DNA of 64,000 nt from Sulfolobales archaeon (GTDB lineage Archaea > Thermoproteota > Thermoprotei_A > Sulfolobales > AG1): positions 480,001 through 544,000 of the forward strand of contig JAWBYA010000001.1 of the NCBI GenBank assembly GCA_038867615.1, given 5' to 3'. How positions within the stretch are numbered: position 1 is the first letter of the stretch; every line of letters starts with the position of its first letter. This document shows positions 8,204 through 18,795 of this stretch, in pieces. The notes under the pieces were generated by a model. That model was given only the letters and a program-made list of their open reading frames with translations. It had not been told where the DNA came from and did not search any database. A program made the translations under genes and the position numbers.

Positions 8204-9793
8204 ATGGATGGGGCTTATATTTATCTCCTAGCTTTGCCGCGTGATTGTTTCTCGATACTCGTGTTGTTTTGGCTTGAGCGAGTGCTACGTTTTAAATATA
8301 TTTTTCTTGTATTGTTAGTATTGGTTTCTGTAGTGGGGCGTGGCGTGCTTTTTAGTGGGAAGGGGGCTGTTCTCGTGGTTGTTGTTCTTGGTGTTTTTAT
8401 GAGTGCTGTTGATGTTACCATAGTTGTTCTCGCCCTCCCCAGCATTGCCCAGGATCTTGGCTCTGGTCTTGGTCCCGTGGTCTGGGTTATACTCTCCTAC
8501 TCCCTCGTGATCTCATCCCTCACAACCCAGCTGGGGAGGCTTGGCGATGCTTTCGGCAGAGGTTTTATGTATAACCTCGGCCTCATCATATTCTCCCTCG
8601 GCTCTTTATTATGTGGTTTATCGACGAGCGGTTCTATGCTCATAGCATCTAGGGTTGTTCAGGGTATAGGGGCCTCGATGATCCAGGCTAATAGCGGGGC
8701 CGTCATAGCCGATCATTTCGAGAGCTGGGAGAGGGGGAGGGCTTTCGGATACACAGCCCTCGGGTGGAGTATGGGGGCTATCGTGGGGATCCTTCTCGGA
8801 GGCTTGGTTGTAACCTATGCTGGGTGGAGATATATATTCCTAATAAACGTCCCCATAGGATTGGTACTCTCTGTCCTGGGCCTCAGGGTTATAAAGAGCA
8901 GGCGGGGAACCCCGGGGTGCTTCGACATCCCTGGAGCATCGATCCTCTTCTTTCTTCTCCTCCTAGTATCGATAGCATCCTATAGATCTATATTTGAGGG
9001 CCTCTCACAAAGTGTATCTATACTCGCAGCTACAGGCCTCCTACTCCTCGCACTCTTCATACTAGTCGAGAGGAGATCTTTAGAGACCTCTTCAGAGAGA
9101 TCCTCGTGCCCCGTGATAGACCTCGGGATCTTTGGTAATAGATACCTATCATACTCACTCCTAGCAGCATTTCTCCAAAGCGTTGGCATGTTCGCATCAT
9201 CATTCATACTAACCATCTACCTCCAAGGCGTGAGGGGTCTCACACCTCTCGAGACATCTCTGCTCTTGCTACCAAGCTACCTCGTATCCAGCATAATAGC
9301 ACCAATAGCTGGGAGGCTATCCGATAGATATGGCTCTAGGATCCCTGCGAGCCTCGGAATATCCCTCATGCTCGCCTCCTCAACAATCTATGCATTAATA
9401 CTAAACCCCGGAATGCCATTGGAATACATAGTGCTCATATCGATCGTGGGGGGCATAGGATCCTCGATCTTCTTCCCAGCAAACAACAGGGCCGTGATGG
9501 TGAGCGCATCAAGCGACATATACGGAGGAGTCTCGGGACTCCTAAGAACACTTAACAACATAGGTACACTGCTAAGCTACTCAATAGCCATAGCAGTCTC
9601 ATCAACAACAGTACCGAGGGATATAGCCCTCACAGCATTCCTAGGCGAAAGAGTTATCGGGGGCATCGGGGCTGGCTTTGTAGAGGGCCTCAGATCCTCG
9701 TTCGCGGTATCAGCAGCAATACTCCTAATCACACTCATCCTATCGATCCAGAGGGGAGGGGAGGATTTAAAGCATGGGAACACCACTAGATAG
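8204..9793 (+). CDS. MFS DHA2 (EmrB/QacA) transporter; true start likely ~8330
   Basis: DVTIVVLALPSIAQDL, LGRLGDAFGR, GWRYIFLINVPIG; many TM segments. Confidence 0.92.
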   Translation: MDGAYIYLLALPRDCFSILVLFWLERVLRFKYIFLVLLVLVSVVGRGVLFSGKGAVLVVVVLGVFMSAVDVTIVVLALPSIAQDLGSGLGPVVWVILSYSLVISSLTTQLGRLGDAFGRGFMYNLGLIIFSLGSLLCGLSTSGSMLIASRVVQGIGASMIQANSGAVIADHFESWERGRAFGYTALGWSMGAIVGILLGGLVVTYAGWRYIFLINVPIGLVLSVLGLRVIKSRRGTPGCFDIPGASILFFLLLLVSIASYRSIFEGLSQSVSILAATGLLLLALFILVERRSLETSSERSSCPVIDLGIFGNRYLSYSLLAAFLQSVGMFASSFILTIYLQGVRGLTPLETSLLLLPSYLVSSIIAPIAGRLSDRYGSRIPASLGISLMLASSTIYALILNPGMPLEYIVLISIVGGIGSSIFFPANNRAVMVSASSDIYGGVSGLLRTLNNIGTLLSYSIAIAVSSTTVPRDIALTAFLGERVIGGIGAGFVEGLRSSFAVSAAILLITLILSIQRGGEDLKHGNTTR

Positions 9794-9814
9794 GGGATAG
9801 CTATACATCGCTGC

Positions 9815-10252
9815 GTGTTCTGCGAGATAGTGCGTGGGAGGGAGGCATCGTGGAGGATCTATGAGGATAACGAGATCATAGCATTCCTAGACAAATACCC
9901 AACAAGCTACGGCCACGCCCTAATAGCACCTAAAGAGCATTACGAAAACGTTATAGAGACACCCCCAAACCTAGTCTCAAGAGCATTCATAGTGGCAAGA
10001 GCCATCGGAAAAGCAGCTATAAAAGGGCTCGGTGCTAGTGGTTTCAGAATAGTCGCCAACACAGGATCCTCAGCAGGACAGATCATATTCCACTTCCACG
10101 TCCACATAATCCCAAGATACTCATACGGAGACCCGGGACCCATAGAACCAAGATCAGAGATCACAGAAGAAACAGCTAGAGAAATCGTTGAGAGCTATAA
10201 AAAAGCCCTAGAGGATAGAGAGATAAGACGCATGATAGCAGGTGAAGCATAA
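9815..10252 (+). CDS. HIT-family nucleotide hydrolase
   Basis: FCEIV start and HFHVHII triad. Confidence 0.95.
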   Translation: MFCEIVRGREASWRIYEDNEIIAFLDKYPTSYGHALIAPKEHYENVIETPPNLVSRAFIVARAIGKAAIKGLGASGFRIVANTGSSAGQIIFHFHVHIIPRYSYGDPGPIEPRSEITEETAREIVESYKKALEDREIRRMIAGEA

Positions 10253-10488
10253 CCATTTATTCTAGTATTCTTTACCCCTCATATCTAGGGAAACCAACCC
10301 GTCGACAGGGATCTCTGCCCATATATACTATTAAACCCAGCGAAACAGAGCTCCTATACTAAAAGATCTTTTCTAGGTATCTTAAACATGCTTCCATCCT
10401 ATTCAGAACAGATATTGAAAGTAGCTATAATCAGAATGAATATCGGTAAGAGAACAGCTCATCGTTATATATTTCAATACCACTATAT

Positions 10489-11331
10489 ATGCGGAGCGGG
10501 ATGAGTGAGAAAGATATAGAGAGGGCTTTGCTCGAGATCCTGAGAACAAGATCTAGGGAGCTTGTAGAGGCTATTCTGAATACCATCGAGACAAGCGATG
10601 ATCTCATGCTAAGACTCGCATCAATAGTCTCCAAAAGACTAGCAATACCCCTTAATGTGGCTACCCAGAGTGATCTAAAAGCTCTCGAAGGCACGATCAG
10701 ATCCGAGATCGCCGGTCTCGGACAGAGGATCACTGGTTTAGAATCTACTTTGAAGTCTGAGGTTTCAAGGCTTGATCAGAGGATCACCGGTCTGGATCAA
10801 AGAATCGCAGGACTTGATCAGAGAGTTTCTGGTTTAGAGTCTACTTTGAAGTCCGAAGTCTCAAAACTAGATCAGAGGATTGCTGGGCTTGATCAGAGGA
10901 TCGGTAAGGTTGAGGGTGAGTTAAGCAAAGTTAGGAGAACGGTTAGGGATATTGCAAGAACTATTGAGAACATAACAATCTCTATCGAGGAGGAGGCCAG
11001 GATTGCTGTGGAGAGGTTTTTAAAAGAGAGAGGTTTGGAGATAAGCATCAGGCCTATCGTGCTTGATAGGAGGTATGAGTTCGATATATACGGCTCGCGC
11101 GATGGTTTCGTGATCGTTGGTGAAGCTAAGACAAAGGCTAGTGAGAGGCTTGTTGACAGGCTTGCAAAGAGAATCGAGGAGGCTAGAAAGAAATGGCCAG
11201 AGAAATTCACAGGCAACGTTATTATGGTGCTTTACTGCCTAAAATACATAGGCGACCCCAAGAAAGCCGAAGAAAAGGGAGTATGGCTAATAGAATCCTC
11301 GAGGGAGCTAACAAAAATCCCCCTGGCCTAG
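10489..11331 (+). CDS. Coiled-coil protein with C-terminal PD-(D/E)XK-like domain
   Basis: Heptad repeats (LDQRITG/LESTLKSEVS), then YEFDIYG...VGEAKT. Confidence 0.85.
   Translation: MRSGMSEKDIERALLEILRTRSRELVEAILNTIETSDDLMLRLASIVSKRLAIPLNVATQSDLKALEGTIRSEIAGLGQRITGLESTLKSEVSRLDQRITGLDQRIAGLDQRVSGLESTLKSEVSKLDQRIAGLDQRIGKVEGELSKVRRTVRDIARTIENITISIEEEARIAVERFLKERGLEISIRPIVLDRRYEFDIYGSRDGFVIVGEAKTKASERLVDRLAKRIEEARKKWPEKFTGNVIMVLYCLKYIGDPKKAEEKGVWLIESSRELTKIPLA
10700..10905 (+). repeat. Intragenic 21-nt-based tandem repeats encoding heptads
   Basis: Repeated gatcagaggat... units and duplicated ggtttaga(a/g)tctactttgaagtc. Confidence 0.8.
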
Positions 11332-11370
11332 CATAAACTCCTTACTAGATCTCAATTCCCTCATCGTGGA

Positions 11371-11428
11371 GTTCCGGGCTTCACAGCGGTTTGTATTTGT
11401 TTATGTCAGCCGTTAGTTCCCTTTGCTT
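11371..11428 (-). mobile_element. Right-end fragment of the second MITE family
   Basis: gttccgggcttcacagcggtt...cagccg...ccctttgctt aligns with the reverse complement of 12625-12683. Confidence 0.6.
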
Positions 11429-11503
11429 AACTACCCACCTGACTCTCTATGGATGCTTGTAGAGCAGCATATATTATTCCTAACTAGTTTGTATGGGCTG
11501 TAG

Positions 11504-12817
11504 CTAGATATGCTTCTGGATTGCTGCAGCGAGTATAGGGTCTGGTACTGTGTAGTGTTCGTCTCGCTTCTCTATCAAGCCTGCCTTGATGAGTTTCTGG
11601 AGAAGTGTGTTGAAATTATGATCATCTATCTCTATACCCTCGCTGAACTCTAGCGCTCTTTTCAGCTCGCTCCACCTTATAGGCTTCTGCGAGGCTAGCT
11701 TGAGTATCGTTCTGAACCTCTTCACGGATCTTGTTCTTGCTAGGAATCTCTTCACCTCTTCTGCCTCTTGTCTAGAGGCGGTGTCCACTATATTCTCAAG
11801 ATCCCTTACACCGTTTACATAGCTCCACCCGAAAAAGGTTAGCCAGCCTATGAGGCCGTCGAGCCTCTCAACAGCCTCCTCGATCACATGCCTGCTAACC
11901 GCAACACTAGACTCGCTGAAACCTCTCTCGAGAAAATCTATAGACTCGCTTCTAGAAAGCCTCTTAACCCTCACCTCGGACACAAGCCTCCCATAGAGAG
12001 GACTCTCGGGATCTTCAATGCCCAGCATGTCATAGAGTAACCCGACCTGAGAGCCGGATAGGATCACGACAAGGTTTCTCAGATGATCATATGTATAGGC
12101 AAGCAGCTTTGAGAAATCCAGATTCAGAGGCAACAGTTCTTGGAGCTCGTCGAAAACCAGGGCAAGCCTTATACCCTCGTTTTCTGCAAACATGTTTAAG
12201 GTTTCTAGGAGGGTGGCTATATTGAATCTCTCCCTCCTCTTCCACCTCAAGGAGATCCTAGCGATGGAAAAATCAACCTCAACACCACTAACACCCCTCA
12301 GAAGACCCAGCAACCTATCAGCGAAACCCCTATGCCGTAGCCAGCTGTTTCAGGTTTCATGATGGTTTATAGGGGTTGATATTGAATCGTAGTTCTACAA
12401 TAATGGAACATTATATAAGCTCTGTATTTTATTGGGATGCCTGCCCAGCAATGAGGGTGGAGATAGAGACCCGAGTGGGTGGGTTAAATAAAAAGCCCAG
12501 GATGTGGGGGTTTCCCCACAGCTATGAACCCGAGCAATGCTATGAAGGGGAGCTGTGGGTTGGGGTCACCCTGAATGGGTGGAGGCCAATGATATGGGCT
12601 CCGATGAAAGGAGCCCTGAGGCCTATGAAGCCAAGGGCTGAGCGGTTGATATCAAGCAATATCAACCGTAGTGAAGCCCGAACCCCCTGCGAGGCCCTAC
12701 AACGGCCACAAGCCTGGCATTCCTATAGCTCCTATAGAGGTTCTCAAGCTCCTCGGCAAAATCATACAGATCCTTCCTAGAGGTCTTAGGAGCTAAATCA
12801 AAGAGCAGAACCACCAC
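11504..12817 (-). pseudogene. Archaeal AAA ATPase (ATPase + wHTH) split by a MITE
   Basis: N-part LFDLAPKTSRKDLYD...VVGPRR stops in Walker A (12686); C-part from ~12343 with LVFDELQ, ILSGSQVGLL, SPLYGR. Confidence 0.88.
12345..12683 (+). mobile_element. MITE family 2 (TnpB/IS607-type remnant, ~339 bp)
   Basis: Starts G|CTGTTTC; imperfect TIR with the right end; TTAAATA box; CCCACAGCT..AGCTGTGGG stem; CGGTTGATAT-6-ATATCAACCG hairpin; second copy at 48501-48685. Confidence 0.8.
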
Positions 12818-12875
12818 CAGTAACTGGTGCTTATACCAGTTAATAAACAGCGAAACACCCACACATAAGATAACA

Positions 12876-12997
12876 TTAAAATACACAAGCACAGAGCATG
12901 ACTAAAAGCAGAGATAAGGAGGCATGGTTAATAGAATCCTTAAGAGAGCTGACAAAGATCCTATATGATCTAGTGCGAGCATCCATTACCTAGATCC
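12876..12997 (+). pseudogene. Duplicated 3' end of the 10489..11331 gene
   Basis: Translates ...AWLIESLRELTKI vs VWLIESSRELTKI; similarity extends past the stop. Confidence 0.7.
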
Positions 12998-13079
12998 TCT
13001 CTACTATGAGAAAGCCTTCTACATCGGAATCAAGGCTGCTTGTATTTAGTAGTGAGGCTGTTTTTGGATAAGAAGGCCT

Positions 13080-13436
13080 TTATTTCATTAAGAGTCTTTC
13101 AGGCCTTATCTCCCTCTTCAAAGGATCGAGGATTAGGCCGAAGATCTTGAGAGTAACTGTCCTGAGGATGTTCCATCCTCGCTCTCTCTGAGGATCACTG
13201 GTGTGTCTCTCTCACTCACCATATCCATTCAGCTCTATCAGTACTTCGGAAACTTTTCTCTTGATAATGCTTCCATCTGCCAACACTAGCTCTGCTTCTC
13301 CAAGAGGCTCTAATCCTAAGTATTCCCGCACATTCTTCTTGGGGACAGTATATGTTATCCCGGAATCTACTAGGAGCTTTACCGAGATGCTCTTACCCAT
13401 GTGCTTCACTACAGCACCAATATGAACTAAATCCAT
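13080..13436 (-). pseudogene. Clan AA aspartyl protease-like gene, disrupted
   Basis: LLVDSGITYT, LADGSII; stop after YGE; downstream frame gives GTVTLKIFGLILDPLKREIRP. Confidence 0.8.
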
Positions 13437-13517
13437 CTGGTGCTCAAAAAAATAGCGGTATGGGTTTATTTTAAAGATCTTTTCCTAGGGATCTAGTTAT
13501 AGATCCCTTTTTTCGGT

Positions 13518-15632
13518 CTATGGAGCTGTTTTCTTAATCCTTGTTGAGGCTATTATGCTTCCAAGCCCTATTGGTAGTGCTGCTATGTTTAGGATCTCGC
13601 TTGGTATGATCATCATGATCCCGGTTATTGCTAGCACTATTCTCAAGGGCTTAGCGATCTCCCCTCTATGGTAGCCCACGTTTGCGAGGGTTAGGAACCA
13701 TATTCCCGCAAGGATTGCTGCGACTCTGGTTATGGTTAGGAGTGCTGCTTCTTGTGGTGGTGAGTGTAGGAGCACTGGTATTATTAGGATCGATGCTCCC
13801 CAGTATGAGTATACGAAGGATATGGAGTATATGTGTTTTGGTAATGCTACGAGGGCTGCCTTAACCCCTGCCTTTATAGGATCGAGTTTAAATACCGCGG
13901 CGGCTGCGAAGGCTGAGAGGGCTACCGGGGGTGTTACGTCGGCCAGCATCGCCATGTAGAATAGGAACATATGGGTTGAGAGTGTAGCGGTATCCTGCGG
14001 TATCCCTATGGATGTTGCAAGACCTATTATTGCTGGGGCTGTTAGTAGTGATGAGAGCACATAGGTTGCTGTTGGAGGAACCCCCATGCCCAGGACTAGT
14101 GAGAAGCCCCATGCGAAGAGTATTGCTAGCACGAGGTTGTTCTGTATTATTGCTAACAAGGCTAGTGTGAACTTCTGGGACAACCCGGAGATCACCACCA
14201 TGCTCATGATCACGTTGGCCATGGCTATCGATGCACCTATAGATGCCATCGGTATAAAGCCTTCTTGAAGCCCCACCCATATGTTCTTGATCCTCGGCCT
14301 GAGATCCTTATCAAGGGCCGCGAGGATTATTGAGAAGATAATAGCTATTGTTACTGCGAGGGATACGCTGTATCCAAGGAAGATCAGGGCTAGTATTAGG
14401 AAGGCAGGGGCAAACACATGGATCTTGAAAGAACCCTTCTCAGAAACCACGACGGGTTTTAACCCAGCCTTCCTCGAATAGTACTCGTTATAGAGGTATA
14501 TGGATGATATATATAGAAGGGCTGGGATGATAGCCATGATCACAACACTGCTATAGGGTATAGCCAGGATCTCCGCCATTATGAAGGCGACAGACCCGAG
14601 AATAGGCGGGGTTATTATAGCCAGGGTTCCGGCGTTAGCGGCAAGCCCGGCAGCCGAGAGATCATCATAACCAGCTGCCTTGAAAATAGGCTTCATAGTA
14701 GAGGATATAAAGGTGGTGTCAGCAGCACCCGACCCAGAGACCATACCCATCCCAGTCCCCATGAGGGTGGCAACCCTGCCCACGCTAGCAGGGCTCCTAC
14801 CCATCCTTGAGAGAAATGTTCTAGCCATGGCCTCACCATACCCCAGGGCCCCCAGGATCCCGGCTAGTATTGTGAAATAAACCACATATTTTAGAGAAAC
14901 CCCTGTTACGAGTCCGAAGAGTGCTGCCTCGCTCTCGATATAGATCTTCCCGACGAGGTAGTCTATCGAGAAACCCGGGTGGGACCATGGGGGTGGGAGG
15001 CCTGGTGCGTAGATATTATAGAGTATAAAGATCGTTACGAGGAGGGGCATCTCAGGCCCGACAAGCCTGAGGACAAGACCCATTAGGAGGAGAACCTCCG
15101 ACCAGCCCATATAGAGATCGGCTGGGAGAGGCACTACAGCCCTGTAGATCAGGTTCTCATAATCATACACCATATATAGATACGGAGGTACCGCTGCTGC
15201 GAGACACACTAGATCTAGATACCTAGCCTTTCCACTGCTCCTCAGAACAAGGGGTGAGAGAATGGCTACGAACCATACTAACATGGTTAGAGTACTGTAG
15301 AGGGGGCTTTTGAGAAAAAGAGCCAGCTGGATCGTTGGTATCAGTGTTAGAATAGAAGTTATATAGGCGATCGCAAGCCTAACCCTACCCATCCTCGGTC
15401 TAGCTGTGTAGGAGAGTAGAAACCCCACTAGCAGTATGAAGAACACGTGTGTTGCTCTCTGCAGCTGCGTTAGATCCAGAATACCTATTCTATATAGATA
15501 TGATAACGGCGTGTAGGGGTGGAAGATGAGGTATAGATGGTATAGGGAGGCTATAATAGCTATAACGCCCAGGGCTTTCTTAGCAAGATCCTTTGCATGG
15601 CTCTCCCCCAAATGATTTTTCAAAACAAACAC
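13518..15632 (-). CDS. TRAP transporter fused permease (TAXI type)
   Basis: ITPPILGSVAFIMAE, LGMGVPPTATY, ADVTPPVALSAFAAA. Confidence 0.93.
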   Translation of the reverse strand: MFVLKNHLGESHAKDLAKKALGVIAIIASLYHLYLIFHPYTPLSYLYRIGILDLTQLQRATHVFFILLVGFLLSYTARPRMGRVRLAIAYITSILTLIPTIQLALFLKSPLYSTLTMLVWFVAILSPLVLRSSGKARYLDLVCLAAAVPPYLYMVYDYENLIYRAVVPLPADLYMGWSEVLLLMGLVLRLVGPEMPLLVTIFILYNIYAPGLPPPWSHPGFSIDYLVGKIYIESEAALFGLVTGVSLKYVVYFTILAGILGALGYGEAMARTFLSRMGRSPASVGRVATLMGTGMGMVSGSGAADTTFISSTMKPIFKAAGYDDLSAAGLAANAGTLAIITPPILGSVAFIMAEILAIPYSSVVIMAIIPALLYISSIYLYNEYYSRKAGLKPVVVSEKGSFKIHVFAPAFLILALIFLGYSVSLAVTIAIIFSIILAALDKDLRPRIKNIWVGLQEGFIPMASIGASIAMANVIMSMVVISGLSQKFTLALLAIIQNNLVLAILFAWGFSLVLGMGVPPTATYVLSSLLTAPAIIGLATSIGIPQDTATLSTHMFLFYMAMLADVTPPVALSAFAAAAVFKLDPIKAGVKAALVALPKHIYSISFVYSYWGASILIIPVLLHSPPQEAALLTITRVAAILAGIWFLTLANVGYHRGEIAKPLRIVLAITGIMMIIPSEILNIAALPIGLGSIIASTRIKKTAP

Positions 15633-15795
15633 CTAGTAGTAAAACTGTGGAAAGATATAAATAGCTGGGTATATTGTGTGTTGCGGTAAAACGAGCAATC
15701 CATATCCTTTAAAGAGATCTCGATGCCTAATGGCTAGATAATACATAACCATAACAAGTGGGTAAATATTAGCTATCAATATGAATACATTATAG

Positions 15796-16281
15796 ATGAC
15801 AAGCCTGGGAGTCCTGGCGATATCTATCACACTACCGATCATATTGGTATCGATCGCATTATTCGCAACAGCTATTTATCTCGATAAAGAGATCCTGGTC
15901 GTTGTTGAAAACAACACAGTAGCAATGCTCCCAGCATCATGCGGTTCAAATATATATTTGGTGTTCAACAACTCGGTAACAGGCTCGCGGGTTGAGATCA
16001 CATATGGGTATTGCGGTTCTTTTGAGGGGAGATATATGATCACGGATAGCGCTGCTTACGAATACTACTCAATGGGGTTTATCGATGTCAACAAGTCTAT
16101 TTCAAGCTATAGGGGGGAGTATATAGCATTCTGCAGTGAGAGCAGCATCTATATAGGGATAGATGGTTTTGAGAGGCATGTTCCGCCGGGGTCTTGCATA
16201 GTGGTTACAAGCCTGGGTGTGGTTTTAAAAAACATGTTGAGGGAGATCCCGGGTTTCCCGTGGATCTCTATCCCTACTTAA
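15796..16281 (+). CDS. Exported protein, DUF1850-like
   Basis: N-terminal TM, FNNSVTGSRVEITY; lies between the TAXI genes. Confidence 0.55.
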   Translation: MTSLGVLAISITLPIILVSIALFATAIYLDKEILVVVENNTVAMLPASCGSNIYLVFNNSVTGSRVEITYGYCGSFEGRYMITDSAAYEYYSMGFIDVNKSISSYRGEYIAFCSESSIYIGIDGFERHVPPGSCIVVTSLGVVLKNMLREIPGFPWISIPT

Positions 16282-17314
16282 CCACACCTACCTCTCTATA
16301 GTATTTCAGAGCACCCTCGTTATACGGTATAGTTCCCCCGATGTATTTCACGGCATTCTGGGGGGTCGTATCCTTCGCCGGGGCTACTGCTTTCTGGAGC
16401 AGGTCTAGGCGTTCGAACACTGCTTTGGTTATCTTGTAGGCAACATCGGGTGGTGTATCCTTGTGGCAGACAAACATGTTCCAGAAGCTGAGGGTCTGGG
16501 TATCGCTATCCGTACCATAGACGTTCTTTGGTATAGTGCCTGGTGCAGCGATACCTGGGTATCTATTTGAGAACTCACTGATCACGTCGTCTGTCACTGG
16601 TACCAAGTAGATCTTCAGACCCCTCTGGGCAAGTGTTTTCGAGAGCTCCACTATAGAGCCTGTAGGTACTCCCCCGCTCCAGAAATAGGCATCTATAGTC
16701 CCGTCTCTCAGCGCGTTGGCACTCTCCTCAGCCCCCAGCCTCTCCCACTTCGAGAAATCCTTAGAAGGATCTATCCCTATTATTCGGAGGAGTAGGAGGG
16801 CTTCAACCTCCGTACCGCTGCCGGGAGCCCCTGTGGATACCCTCTTACCCTTGAGATCCTGGAGTGTCTTGATACCCTTGTCGGCTGTTGTTACTATGTG
16901 GAGGTAGTTTGGATACATAGCCCAGAGGATAGAGATAGGTGCTGTGGCGTTCTTAAACCTATCATGCTGCCCGGTATAGGCTAGATAGGCTGAGTCTGGG
17001 AGAACAGCTGCGCAGTATATTACACCGTTGGCAAGATCAGTCTTATCCCTTATGAGGAGCAGGTTATCTATAGACGCTGCTGTCTGGATGCTTGTAGCAC
17101 TAATATCTGTGTAGTTGGATATGATTCCAGCCACGGTTGCTCCGTAGTAATAGTAAACACCACCCACACCCCCTGTAGCGATCACTACTTTGTATTTAAT
17201 CGACTGCCCGGCTTGCCCGGCTAGCTGGTTATATGCTACGAAGCCCGCGACTATAGCTATAACTATCACAGCTATTACTACATATAGAGCTGTTTTTGAC
17301 AGGCCCTTCAACAT
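16274..17314 (-). CDS. TAXI-family TRAP solute-binding protein
   Basis: IATGGVGGVYYYYG, DLKGKRVSTGAPGSGTE, LRDGTIDAYFWSGG. Confidence 0.95.
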   Translation of the reverse strand: MLKGLSKTALYVVIAVIVIAIVAGFVAYNQLAGQAGQSIKYKVVIATGGVGGVYYYYGATVAGIISNYTDISATSIQTAASIDNLLLIRDKTDLANGVIYCAAVLPDSAYLAYTGQHDRFKNATAPISILWAMYPNYLHIVTTADKGIKTLQDLKGKRVSTGAPGSGTEVEALLLLRIIGIDPSKDFSKWERLGAEESANALRDGTIDAYFWSGGVPTGSIVELSKTLAQRGLKIYLVPVTDDVISEFSNRYPGIAAPGTIPKNVYGTDSDTQTLSFWNMFVCHKDTPPDVAYKITKAVFERLDLLQKAVAPAKDTTPQNAVKYIGGTIPYNEGALKYYREVGVVK

Positions 17315-17538
17315 AGAAATCCCATGGAGGATTATCTCCGAGGAATATAAGTATCGAATTAAAAATTATTGATAGCTTTATATAGTATAGCCGGGTATGT
17401 TAATCTATATGAATAGAACGTAGATCGAGGACTTAGACTCTATAATCGTCCTAGCAAGCGATCCTTAACAAGGGCTTTAACAATCTAGGGAGTGCTTATG
17501 CTTAGACGAGGTTTGCACACCGGCCTGATGCTTTTAAT

Positions 17539-18783
17539 ATGCTTGTGGTTATAGAATATCTGTGGGCCGTGAGTATGGAGGATAGGAATGACTATGACGA
17601 TGTAAGCATGGATAGAGATCTTGAGAGATATCTGAGATATCTAGAAAAATCCGTTAGAGAGCTTCAGGTTGAGAAGAAAAGCCTTATGGACGAGCTTGGC
17701 CAGTGCAGAATAGAGCTTGAGAAGATGCTCCAACCACCCCTCATAGAGGCTGTCGTGATAGACGTGCTGCCAGATGGTAGGGTTATTGTTAAGAGCTCCA
17801 CAGGTCCTAACCTAATCGTTGGTGTGAGTAGCAGGGTTGACCCCTCGGGCCTGAGACCAGGTGTTTCTGTCGCCCTTAATAACAGGGGGTCTGAGATCGT
17901 TGAGATCCTCGGGACTAGAGAGGATCCTTTGGTAACTGCTATGAAGCTCGTTGAGAAGCCCAAGACAAAGTACTCCGATATAGGGGGGTTGGAGGAGCAG
18001 ATCAGAGAGATCAGGGAGGTTGTCGAGCTACCCCTAAAGAACCCAGAGCTCTTCAGAAAACTCGGGATCGAGCCCCCCAAGGGTGTTCTCCTCTACGGAC
18101 CCCCAGGGGTTGGTAAAACCCTCCTAGCAAGAGCCGTTGCTGGGGAGACAAACGCTACATTTATAAGGCTTGTAGCCTCAGAGCTAGCCCAGAAATTCAT
18201 AGGAGAAGGGGCTAGGATTGTTAGGGAGGTTTTCGCCCTCGCTAGGAAGAACGCACCATCTATAGTGCTTATAGACGAGATAGACGCTATAGCTGCTAAG
18301 AGGATAGATATCGGGACGAGCGGTGAGAGAGAGATCCACAGAACACTCACCCAGCTCCTAGCAGAGCTCGACGGCTTCGACCCGCTTGATAACGTTAAGA
18401 TCATAGCTACTACGAACAGAGTAGATATCCTAGACCCAGCTATCCTTAGGCCGGGGAGGTTCGATAGGATCATATATATACCCCTACCAGATAAGAGGGC
18501 TAGGAAGGAGATCTTCAGGGTTCATGCGAGGAGGCTGAACATAAAGGGAGAAGTAGATCTAGATATGCTTGCCTCAATAACAGAGGGAGCATCTGGAGCA
18601 GATATAAAGGCCATATGCACCGAGGCAGGCTATATAGCTATAAGGGCTGGGAGGGACTATATAACCATTGAGGATCTCGTCGAAGCTGCTAAGAAGATCA
18701 TGGGTAAGAAGGGATCAGGGGTAGAAGATATCGAAACACCACCCACGGCACAGAATAAACAGGCCGCTTACCAGCACATCTAG
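17539..18783 (+). CDS. pan: Proteasome-activating nucleotidase (start probably 17575)
   Basis: Coiled coil, VKSSTGP OB domain, [26 protein letters not shown]. Confidence 0.96.
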   Translation: MLVVIEYLWAVSMEDRNDYDDVSMDRDLERYLRYLEKSVRELQVEKKSLMDELGQCRIELEKMLQPPLIEAVVIDVLPDGRVIVKSSTGPNLIVGVSSRVDPSGLRPGVSVALNNRGSEIVEILGTREDPLVTAMKLVEKPKTKYSDIGGLEEQIREIREVVELPLKNPELFRKLGIEPPKGVLLYGPPGVGKTLLARAVAGETNATFIRLVASELAQKFIGEGARIVREVFALARKNAPSIVLIDEIDAIAAKRIDIGTSGEREIHRTLTQLLAELDGFDPLDNVKIIATTNRVDILDPAILRPGRFDRIIYIPLPDKRARKEIFRVHARRLNIKGEVDLDMLASITEGASGADIKAICTEAGYIAIRAGRDYITIEDLVEAAKKIMGKKGSGVEDIETPPTAQNKQAAYQHI

Positions 18784-18795
18784 CCGGGGTTTGTT

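Noticed and set aside
12376-12780. ORFs over the mini-elements (12376..12780, 48483..48686, 55806..56087, 57447..57842)
   Set aside because: They cross element boundaries and read through MITE/RNA sequence; their similarity reflects the DNA repeat, not real genes.
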